64,000 nt of DNA, from sequence record NZ_CP027239.1; one strand, 5' to 3'. Position 1 is the stretch's first letter, and every line of letters starts with the position of its first letter. The position numbers were made by a program, and so were the translations under genes. The stretch is from a plasmid. The notes below the pieces were generated by a model. The model did not search any database and was not told the origin of the DNA. It worked only from the letters and a program-made list of their open reading frames with translations. Positions 56,766 to 64,000 of the stretch are shown here, one piece after another.

Positions 56766-57151
56766 CCGCCGCAGACCGGCGCCGGGCGCCGTTCGCCGCG
56801 GTGCGGCCCTGCAAGCACTGCCCGTTTCGCAGCGACATCACCCCGTACCTGAGGCCGGAGCGAGCCCGCGAGATCGCCGATTCTCTCGACCGTGGTGAGG
56901 ACTTTCCCTGCCACCAGACGGTCACGTACGGCGAAGAAGACGGCCTCGAGACCGCTGATACGGGCAATGCCGCCCGCTGCGCCGGCGCCTTGATCATCTG
57001 CGAGAAGACCGACCGTCCCACGCAGGCCATGCGGATCGGTGAACGGCTGGGCCTGTACGACAGGAACGCCCTCGATATGGCCGCCCCGGTCTACGACACC
57101 CTCGCCGACTGGGTGACCGCCCACCAGGCCGCCCGCCACGGTCGGCACTGA
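56762..57151 (+). CDS. hypothetical Cys-containing protein (CKHCPF...C..C)
   Basis: GTGA overlap with previous gene; possible metal-binding cluster. Confidence 0.5.
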   Translation: MTAADRRRAPFAAVRPCKHCPFRSDITPYLRPERAREIADSLDRGEDFPCHQTVTYGEEDGLETADTGNAARCAGALIICEKTDRPTQAMRIGERLGLYDRNALDMAAPVYDTLADWVTAHQAARHGRH

Positions 57152-57361
57152 CTCGACCCGCGCTCGCGCCCCCACCAGCACGGGAAGATCCTGGCTGGGT
57201 GCACGGTGGCCTCGGCCCGACGGCGGCCTTGTCTTCCGGTCGGGCTGTCCGGCACGGCATTAGGCAGCCCCCGGGTCACAGCGCCGCACGCTGCTGCAGT
57301 CCCCAACAGGCGCGGGAAGGTGAGGGCATCAACCCACCCCGACCCGCTGAGGGAGCACACC

Positions 57362-57751
57362 ATGGCACTCGAGCCGCTGACCCCGACTGACCGAATCGTC
57401 AACGTCTACCTGAACGTCGCTCGCGACAGCCTGGGGCGACCCGCCGCACTGTTCGACGGGTACAAGGCCGGCGACCCCCTGCGCCACTGCTTCCGGCTCC
57501 CCCTCGTCGGCGCGGAGCTGCGCCTGTCGCCCACTGCGCTCGCGGAGAAGGTGTACCACCTGCTCAACGTCGGTGATGACCCCATGCTCGGTACGCCCGA
57601 CGAGCGGGCGGTGGCTTACCGACTCGCCAACTACCGATCCCTGAGCGTGGGCGACGTTCTCGAGATCGACGGCGAGCATCTGGCCGTGGCTTCCATGGGG
57701 TTCGTCTCCGTCGACGCCCCGGCGCGGGAGGCGATCTCGACGCCGTGGTGA
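57362..57751 (+). CDS. hypothetical protein (129 aa)
   Basis: CTGCTGCAG variant motif 63 bp upstream; RBS gagggagcac. Confidence 0.5.
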   Translation: MALEPLTPTDRIVNVYLNVARDSLGRPAALFDGYKAGDPLRHCFRLPLVGAELRLSPTALAEKVYHLLNVGDDPMLGTPDERAVAYRLANYRSLSVGDVLEIDGEHLAVASMGFVSVDAPAREAISTPW

Positions 57752-58101
57752 CCCAGGTGTGCGGGGCGATCATGGACTGGAAACCGGCCCTGACCCCAGT
57801 CCAGGCACGGCCCGGCAGATAGCAGGGCGCCCGCGAGCCAGGGACGGGCCACCCTGTGGCTGCGCTGTCCACGCTCCACCTCCGAGTCGCCGCCGCACGG
57901 TGGGGGAGGTTCGGGCCAGTTCGACGCGATCCCGTGGTTCGGCCCCGTCCGTTCCAAGGTCCGGCCCGGGTTGACGCCCGCGCGACACGCCGAGGAACCG
58001 CGCGGACCAGCGAAATTGGAAATGCGAAATACTAAATCCCCGGGTCGGGCTCTCCCGCTGCGTAGCGTCACTCTCGCACGCTGCCAGAGGAGGAGTGAGC
58101 G

Positions 58102-58404
58102 ATGGACACCCAGCACACCACCGGTGCTCGAGGAACCACCTCGAAGCGAAGGGTCGGCCGTCCGAGCAAGGGCGTCTACAAGCCGTACAGCATCAAGGCG
58201 CGGATCGACATCGCCAACGAGCTGGAGGCACTGGCCGGCAACGGGATCACTCGTACCGACCTCTTCGAGGCGGCAGCTGCGATGGCCCTCCGTGACAAGG
58301 AGGCGCTACTGGCTGAGGTCGAGGCGCAGCGCGAGATTGCGGCGCGGCACCGGCTGGAGATCGGCCTACCTCCGACGAAGGGGGACCGGAATGTAGCCGC
58401 CTGA
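58102..58404 (+). CDS. small DNA-binding protein (AT-hook GRPSKG + helical/RHH-like)
   Basis: RBS gaggagg; upstream AT-rich region with GCGAAAT x2; positioned immediately before the rep gene. Confidence 0.55.
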   Translation: MDTQHTTGARGTTSKRRVGRPSKGVYKPYSIKARIDIANELEALAGNGITRTDLFEAAAAMALRDKEALLAEVEAQREIAARHRLEIGLPPTKGDRNVAA

Positions 58405-58410
58405 ACGCGC

Positions 58411-58740
58411 CTATTCGACGCCGGTCAGCGCACTGGCCCGACCACCAATCGGGCCGCTCCCAGCTGATCGAACCGAAGTCGAAGCACCGCGGCCACCGCG
58501 TTGTTCACCACACAACGTGCGACCCTGCAGGCGAGACGAAGGAAACGGCGACCACCTAGAACTTCCCACTGCAGGCCACCAACCTGCAGAAAAAGAAGAA
58601 CCCGCCCCTGACGGGGACGGGAACTTCAGAAACCAGAAGCGGAAGATTCTCTCGGTTACCAGCCGATCCCGGTTACCAGCCGGGTTCCTCCGAACGCCAT
58701 CCAGATCGCTCGTTGCCGACCAAAGCAATGAGGTCCTTTT
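58411..58740. promoter_or_regulatory. candidate replication origin / iteron region
   Basis: Locally reduced GC; direct repeat GGTTACCAGCCG x2; CTGCAGG x3; aaaaagaag A-tract; lies at the 5' end of or upstream of the prim-pol gene. Confidence 0.4.
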
Positions 58741-60700
58741 GTCGTACGACGACGACTATACAGCGCTGCCCCCTACCCATCTACCGGACGACACGCCGAG
58801 CAATGCTGGGCTGACCTGGGAAATACTCCGCGATAGCTGGAGCCCTCGGACCCACATCCGGGTCGACCGCGACGGTGACAACGCCGTCTACGTCGACGTG
58901 CCCGCCGGCCGAACCCGCCCGGCGAAGCCGCACGCGCTGTACCTCGCCGACGAACAGCAGCGATTCCGCCTGCTCGGCTTCGACTTCGACGCCCACCGGG
59001 ACGGACTGTTTCCGCAGGTAGATGCCGCAGCCTTGCAGGCAGTCCTCACCGCCGCCCACATCCCGCACCTGGCGTGCGTCTCCGGGCCCGGCGGCGGCGT
59101 CCACGTGTGGGTGCGCCTGTCCGCCCCCACGCCTGCCTCCGCGGTCCGTCGCCTCGCCCGCCAGCTGGACGCCGTCTACCCGTCGTTCGACCCCACCCCG
59201 CTGCTCAACGCCGCCACCGGCTGTCTTCGAGCTCCTGGGTCTCCGCACCGCCGAGGCGGCCACTCCGCCCCACAGGGCAATCCCCGGATCCTGCCCGTGG
59301 CTTTCCCCGATGTCGTGCGAGCCCTGGCTGGTCTGCGCCCCGCTGCGGGCACCTCGGCCGGCAGCCCGCGGGCCGAGCGGCGCCAGCCGATCGACACCAC
59401 CGCCTGGGGCACCCCGCATCTTCGCGGGATCCGGCGGCCGTTGCCGGCGCAGTTCCGCGCTCTCGCCCGCAAACCCGTCGCCCTGGCCGCCGATGCCTCT
59501 GCCATCGGCTGGTCCCTGCTGTTGGCCTGCGCGCACGCCCGTTTCACCCAGGAGGACGTCCACCACGCCGCCTTCGTCGAGCAGTGGCCTGGCCTGGAGT
59601 ACCTGCGCACCGTCCGTCAGGCCGACCATCGCTCTCCCCGGCCCAGGAAGGAGCAGTTTCTCGAGCAGCAGTGGCATCGCGCCGTCGACAGCGCAGCTGC
59701 GATCCCTGCACCACCAGAGGATGCCGGCAGCGCCAAGTGGCAGGCCTCCGCTGAGCGTGTCGCCGCGTTCCAGCAGGAGTGCGACCGCACGCCCAACCGG
59801 TGGCACGGGTGCACCGGCGTCGTCGACAGGCTCCTGCTCGACGCCCTGTGCTGGCACATCGCTCGAGCGGCGACCACAACGGTGCACCTGTCCGAGAGGG
59901 CGTGGGCGCTGACCGCAGGCCTCGACAGATCCACCGTCAACCGTCGCATCAAGACCTTGCTCGCCGAGGGCTGGATCGTGCGCGTCAAGGACGCCGCCGG
60001 ACCGTGGGCGGCGCAGTGGGCGTTAAGAGAAGGGGGCGGGAAATCAGGTAGTGGCCCAAATTCGGTAGAGGTGATCGACTCTCTCGCCGAGAAACTGCGA
60101 TCCGCTCGTCACGACGTCTGGTGCGCCCCCGGCTGGGGCCAGACCGCGTGGGCGGTGTGGCGGGCCATCAGCGATGGCGTCCGCGGGCTCCGCCAGATCC
60201 GCGCCGCGACAGGACTGGGCGTGAGCACCATCGCCAGCAAACTCGCGGCCCTGCGCGGTGCCGGCCTCATCGACCGAACAGGGCGACGCGCCTATAGCGG
60301 CCGCAGTCGTCTGGCCACGGCCGCCGAGCACCTCGGAATCCGTGGCGCCCACGCGGACAAGGAACGCCTATACGCACTGCATAGCGCCACATTCGTGTGG
60401 TGGCTCACCGACCGTCTCCGCGACCAGCTGTCCGGCCCCAGCGACGCCCTGGCCGAGTGGGGCATGTTCCCCGACGACCACGTTGCCGCCAGTACCGACC
60501 CCCGGGACGTTGCGATGGTCTACGGGGCAGTCTCCGCGGGCACACCGCCGCAGGTCACCGCCTGGTCAGCCGCGATGGTTTTGCAGGAACTCCACCGCCA
60601 CCGAGACCCCCGCTACTGGCGCGAGCTCGTCGCCGACGCCCGCACCGCGCTGCCCGCGGCGGAGATGTACGGGCCGGCGGTCCTACATCTGGCTGCCTAG
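58517..60700 (+). CDS. replication protein with bifunctional primase-polymerase (AEP/prim-pol) N-terminal domain
   Basis: AEP motifs LGFDFDAH (DxD), VSGPGGGVHVWVRL (sGxGxH), LRAPGSPHRRGG (R-PGS-H); C-terminal wHTH-like region; true start probably downstream of 58517 (5' part overlaps iteron-like DNA). Confidence 0.7.
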   Translation: MRPCRRDEGNGDHLELPTAGHQPAEKEEPAPDGDGNFRNQKRKILSVTSRSRLPAGFLRTPSRSLVADQSNEVLLSYDDDYTALPPTHLPDDTPSNAGLTWEILRDSWSPRTHIRVDRDGDNAVYVDVPAGRTRPAKPHALYLADEQQRFRLLGFDFDAHRDGLFPQVDAAALQAVLTAAHIPHLACVSGPGGGVHVWVRLSAPTPASAVRRLARQLDAVYPSFDPTPLLNAATGCLRAPGSPHRRGGHSAPQGNPRILPVAFPDVVRALAGLRPAAGTSAGSPRAERRQPIDTTAWGTPHLRGIRRPLPAQFRALARKPVALAADASAIGWSLLLACAHARFTQEDVHHAAFVEQWPGLEYLRTVRQADHRSPRPRKEQFLEQQWHRAVDSAAAIPAPPEDAGSAKWQASAERVAAFQQECDRTPNRWHGCTGVVDRLLLDALCWHIARAATTTVHLSERAWALTAGLDRSTVNRRIKTLLAEGWIVRVKDAAGPWAAQWALREGGGKSGSGPNSVEVIDSLAEKLRSARHDVWCAPGWGQTAWAVWRAISDGVRGLRQIRAATGLGVSTIASKLAALRGAGLIDRTGRRAYSGRSRLATAAEHLGIRGAHADKERLYALHSATFVWWLTDRLRDQLSGPSDALAEWGMFPDDHVAASTDPRDVAMVYGAVSAGTPPQVTAWSAAMVLQELHRHRDPRYWRELVADARTALPAAEMYGPAVLHLAA

Positions 60701-60726
60701 CGGCCTCCTGCCCGCTCTCGCGCACG

Positions 60727-60765
60727 CGTTTGCACGTAGGTACAATGGACGTGCAAGCAAGGAGG
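60727..60765 (+). promoter_or_regulatory. promoter with palindromic operator TTGCACGT-N11-ACGTGCAA containing TACAAT
   Basis: Perfect 8-bp inverted repeat flanking a -10-like hexamer, 10 bp before the RBS of the antitoxin gene. Confidence 0.55.
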
Positions 60766-60770
60766 TTCCG

Positions 60771-61610
60771 ATGTCTGAACCAGCGAAGGCTCCCAGTTCC
60801 GCACGCGTCGTAAGCAGGCCTCGCGGTAGACGCCGTGAGAACCCCGAGGGAGCGGCCATCTCGATCGACGATGCCGCCAAGCGGAACTTGAAGCTGCATC
60901 TCGTCGCCGCCTCGGGTGAGACGATCACGGCTTCGGGAAGCTCAGACCTGCTGACGGTGTCGGCCCGCACCTTCAAGCGAAAGGCCCCCACCACAGCACC
61001 CAAGGCCGGGCCACGCGACCAAGTGGCGCAGGCCGTTCTGGACCTCCTGGCCGACGTCGGGATCCCTGCCGAGGAGGGGCCCCGCCTGATTGATCACGTC
61101 CGAGACCTGCTCCGCTCGACCACTTCGTCGCAGTCCACCCCCGTCAGCCAGGCCGACGTGAACTACCTACGTCAGCACGCAGGTCTGGACGACCCGTCGG
61201 TCATCGACGACTGGAACCCCCAGTCCGAAGACCAGCTACGGGCAGAAGTCGCCGTGGCTAACGCCACGACGTTCATGATGGGCACCCTCAGCCGAGAGGA
61301 AGCCGCACAGCTGCTCAACAGGGACGAATCCGTGGTGTCGAGGCGAGTCAGCAACGGGCAACTCCTCGCGGTCTACAGAGATGGGCGCCCGCGCTTCCCG
61401 CGGTGGCAATTCCACAACGGGCAGGCCCTGCCCGGACTGCCCGCGGTGATCGACGCGCTGTCGACGCTGGGCATGGACACCGTGGCCGTAAGTAGCTTCA
61501 TGGTCCGCCCCAACGACGAGCTAGACGGACTACCGCCCGTCGACTACCTCGTCGGCGGAGGCGACCCAGAGGCTGTAGTGGCTCTTCTCGAGAGCATGGC
61601 GCGCAGTTGA
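60771..61610 (+). CDS. Xre/ParS/MbcA-type antitoxin (HTH + C-terminal RES-toxin-binding domain)
   Basis: RBS aaggagg; HTH LSREEAAQLLNRDESVVSRRVSNGQLLAV; C-terminal block FMVRPNDELDGLPPVDYLVGGGDPEAVVALLES (DUF2384-like). Confidence 0.7.
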   Translation: MSEPAKAPSSARVVSRPRGRRRENPEGAAISIDDAAKRNLKLHLVAASGETITASGSSDLLTVSARTFKRKAPTTAPKAGPRDQVAQAVLDLLADVGIPAEEGPRLIDHVRDLLRSTTSSQSTPVSQADVNYLRQHAGLDDPSVIDDWNPQSEDQLRAEVAVANATTFMMGTLSREEAAQLLNRDESVVSRRVSNGQLLAVYRDGRPRFPRWQFHNGQALPGLPAVIDALSTLGMDTVAVSSFMVRPNDELDGLPPVDYLVGGGDPEAVVALLESMARS

Positions 61611-62251
61611 GCGGTCGGCCCAAGGCTCCGAGGACCCCACGAAGGCCCTTGGAGTGGGATGACACTGACATCGTCACGGTCAATCCCGGTACTGCGCTGT
61701 GGCGGATTCACAGGACTCGCGGTCCGTTCCCGAGCGCCTGGAGCGACTACCGCTTCTACGGGCCACTGCCGGGGATGCGGTGGGACCCCCACCCTGCGCC
61801 GACCGCAGCCCACACCGACTGCGCCGTCCTCTACACCGCCTACGACCTGCCCACCTGCATCGCGGAGGTCTCTCATCCCGCCGGCCTAGTCGACACCGTG
61901 ACGGCTAGCCCGTTCGCGACGTCCTGGTCCCCGACCAGGCCCCTGCGCCTACTCGATCTCACACGGCAGTGGCCGCTTCGGATGGACGCCACGCACGCCC
62001 TGATGTTCGCTCCCCGATCGACGTGCAGGAACTGGGCGCACGAGATCTGGAAGACCGCGCGCAGCGAGGGCAAGCAACTGGACGGACTCGAGGTGCAGTC
62101 GACGGTGACGGGCTCCAACATGGCCGTGCTGTTCTCTGACAGTCAAAACGCCCTTCCCGCCGCCCCGGCATTCACCTCCCCCCTCTCCGGGCCGATGGTC
62201 TTCACCATCGCGGCGAACCTCGCCGCCAGAGTGCAGTGGCCCATCATCTGA
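61607..62251 (+). CDS. RES-domain toxin (ParT/MbcT-like NAD+-consuming toxin)
   Basis: Start overlaps antitoxin stop; RES-family blocks LWRIHRTRGPF, GMRWDP (Arg), AVLYTAYDLPTCIAEVSHP (Glu), downstream conserved Ser. Confidence 0.7.
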   Translation: MSGRPKAPRTPRRPLEWDDTDIVTVNPGTALWRIHRTRGPFPSAWSDYRFYGPLPGMRWDPHPAPTAAHTDCAVLYTAYDLPTCIAEVSHPAGLVDTVTASPFATSWSPTRPLRLLDLTRQWPLRMDATHALMFAPRSTCRNWAHEIWKTARSEGKQLDGLEVQSTVTGSNMAVLFSDSQNALPAAPAFTSPLSGPMVFTIAANLAARVQWPII

Positions 62252-62291
62252 GTCGCCGTCGTCGTCCTCGCGGGCCGGATGACCTCTCAGG

Positions 62292-62564
62292 ATGAGCCGC
62301 CGACGCTACAGACGAGACACCCCCGTCGCGCCGCCCCTTTTTCCGTGGGCCCGACTAACGTCGCGGGCCATGAGCGCCGTGGAAGACCGCCCCAACTACT
62401 GCCCGAACGGACATCCCTTCGGGCCGGACAAAGTCCTGGTCGGGTGGCGCCCTCCGCCGGTGGGCCAGGTCGGACGCGGTTCCCGCACCTACGAGTGCCT
62501 GCAGTGCGGGGCCATCATGGACTGGAAACCCACCCTGACGCCCGCCAGCGGCCCCCACAGGTAG
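62292..62564 (+). CDS. hypothetical zinc-ribbon protein (C..H...C..C)
   Basis: YCPNGH...ECLQCG pattern; start uncertain (62292 or ~62370). Confidence 0.35.
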   Translation: MSRRRYRRDTPVAPPLFPWARLTSRAMSAVEDRPNYCPNGHPFGPDKVLVGWRPPPVGQVGRGSRTYECLQCGAIMDWKPTLTPASGPHR

Positions 62565-62750
62565 CGGTCGGGGGCGACTGCGACGCTGTCCGCACCACAT
62601 CCCGCCGAGCTCTCACCCGCCACCGGCCCGCATGCTGCTGCACCTTCCGGCCCTGCGCCGATAGTTGAGCCGTCCCACCGCCTCGGCCGGGAGCGGCTCC
62701 ACGAAGCCGCCCTGAGGACGAGCGGAACGCCCGACCGAAGGGAGCCCTCG

Positions 62751-63221
62751 ATGCTTCTGCGCGACATGCTCGACAAGTACGCCAACCTGCAGCGCCAACG
62801 CCAGCAGGAATCTGACGCCATCGAATCCGGCGAGCACGGCAGTTACGAGCTGTACGACGAGCTCGAAGACAACATCGCCGAGCTGTTCATCGACAACGCG
62901 CCCGCGCTGACTGCGCTGCTCGCCCGGCTCGACGCGCTGACCGCCGCGGTCACCGCCTACGACACGGCCACCGAGGCTGGAGACAACGACGACAGCCACG
63001 ACGAGGCGATCCGGGTGGCCGCCCGCGAGGTGATGGAGCAGGCGCGCGGCGCGGGCGGTGAGCACAGCGGGCCTGACTACGCCGATCTGCGCCAGGCGCA
63101 CACGGCAGCGTTGCGGGCCGTCGACGGCGACAGCAACGACGACGAGATCGCCGCCTGGCGTGAGACCGCGGAACTGGCGACGGCGTACCTGCCCGGCTAC
63201 CAGGACCCGACCATCGACTGA
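62751..63221 (+). CDS. hypothetical acidic protein (156 aa)
   Basis: Motif ~108 bp upstream; RBS gaagggagcc; hairpin follows stop. Confidence 0.5.
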   Translation: MLLRDMLDKYANLQRQRQQESDAIESGEHGSYELYDELEDNIAELFIDNAPALTALLARLDALTAAVTAYDTATEAGDNDDSHDEAIRVAAREVMEQARGAGGEHSGPDYADLRQAHTAALRAVDGDSNDDEIAAWRETAELATAYLPGYQDPTID

Positions 63222-63232
63222 CCACCACCACC

Positions 63233-63262
63233 TGACCCCGGTCCGAGCAACGGGCGGGGTCA
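63233..63262 (+). terminator. hairpin tgaccccgg-N12-ccggggtca (approx.)
   Basis: 8-9-bp stem after stop 63221. Confidence 0.35.
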
Positions 63263-63365
63263 GCTGGTCTCCGCTGAACGGCAGCGCCGCTGTCCGGCCC
63301 GGATCGCGCGCCTTCATCCGGCCGACGCCCGGCACCCACCCACGACGAACGGGTTCGACGGCGCG

Positions 63366-63374
63366 GTGCTGCAC
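63366..63374 (+). promoter_or_regulatory. STGCTGCAC promoter-like motif copy
   Basis: gtgctgcactcgcggaccgc shares a 17-nt extension with the copy at 14428. Confidence 0.6.
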
Positions 63375-63482
63375 TCGCGGACCGCGGCGGAACCATCGAC
63401 AGCAACCGGGCCCGGAGCGACCTCCCTTGGCGCATCCGGCGTCACCGCAGCCAGGGCCCGGCGCAGGATGGAGGCTTAGACA

Positions 63483-64000
63483 TGGGTCAGTACCACGTCA
63501 TCGCGAACCTCGATAAGCGCCTGGGGTACAGCCCCAGATCGACCGGCGACTTCCTCAAGCTCACCGAGTTCGGGCACGCAGGCGGAGCCATGTGCGCCCT
63601 GGTCGCCCTGCTCGATGGGGATTGGCACGGCGAGCGGGTGGCCATCGTCGGCGACTACGCAGAAACCGGCGACCTGACCGCCGAGGCGACACTGCGCGCC
63701 GGTCTCGATCCGGCGCATCTGTACGCGGCCATCAATCACCCCGCGTGGCTGCGTGAAACGCATGGCATCAGCAGCGACTGGCGCAACGTCGGCTGGCTGG
63801 CACGCAAAGTCGTCGCTGGCAGTGGGCTTGGCCGCTTCGACCGCCAGGAGTGGACGGTGCGCGACTACGACGGCACCGTCAGAACTAGCCACGGCTACCG
63901 GTGGGAGCTGACCCCGCAGCCTGACAGCAGGCAGCGCGTGGTGGTCAACCTCGACCGGGCCGAGAAGATCGACCCGGCCGCGTTCGGTGACGACCGCAGC
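63483..64000 (+). CDS. hypothetical protein (5' part; runs off the window)
   Basis: ATG with RBS gatggagg; motif ~109 bp upstream; open to window end. Confidence 0.5.

Noticed and set aside
61607-62251. Later ATG start for the RES toxin gene
   Set aside because: Conserved RES N-terminal residues (LWRIHRTRGPF) lie upstream of the first in-frame ATG, so the TTG overlapping the antitoxin stop is preferred. It remains uncertain.
3516-63374. Sigma-54 (-24/-12) interpretation of TGCTGCAC
   Set aside because: It superficially resembles TGGCAC. It lacks the GG-N10-GC geometry and a TTGC -12 element, and actinobacteria lack RpoN.
1-64000. CRISPR arrays, tRNA or rRNA genes
   Set aside because: No regularly spaced direct repeats with unique spacers were found. 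No cloverleaf-like tRNA signatures or rRNA-like conserved stretches were recognised. The only tandem repeats (21178-21262) are contiguous, with no spacers.

Overview
This 64-kb window is high-GC (~70%) actinobacterial DNA with no rRNA, tRNA or CRISPR arrays, and it looks like plasmid or integrative-element accessory DNA rather than core chromosome. A probable replication module (archaeo-eukaryotic prim-pol Rep protein, iteron-like repeats, a small RHH/AT-hook DNA-binding protein) lies at 58.0-60.7 kb. Other backbone-type genes are a small serine recombinase preceded by GTGACAGAAAC repeats, a Xre/ParS-RES toxin-antitoxin pair with a palindromic operator, an Lsr2-like silencer, an IS5/IS427-family IS with a frameshifted transposase, and a stand-alone MmeI-like type IIL restriction-modification enzyme. 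There is also an ArsR-regulated Ni/peptide-type ABC transporter, interrupted by a 2.4-kb four-gene insertion. More than 60 co-oriented small hypothetical genes fill the rest, many in paralogous pairs or triplets. About 30 of them are preceded by a rigid two-block promoter-like motif: STGCTGCAC, a 17-nt spacer, then A-S-R-G-T-G. The motif-to-start distance is 57-85 bp for most copies (96-136 bp for 4 of 30). A second motif, GCTGTCCG, usually lies 45-150 bp upstream of the first.

The most system-like module is a tricistronic operon at 25.0-28.6 kb. It encodes a 702-aa cytoplasmic coiled-coil protein with a C-terminal R-S-E ADP-ribosyltransferase domain, a 68-aa protein, and a translationally coupled ADP-ribosyl-glycohydrolase of the ARH/DraG family.

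Coordinates of refined starts and motif copies are approximate (±2 nt) because the line numbering and the ORF track disagree by 1 nt in places.
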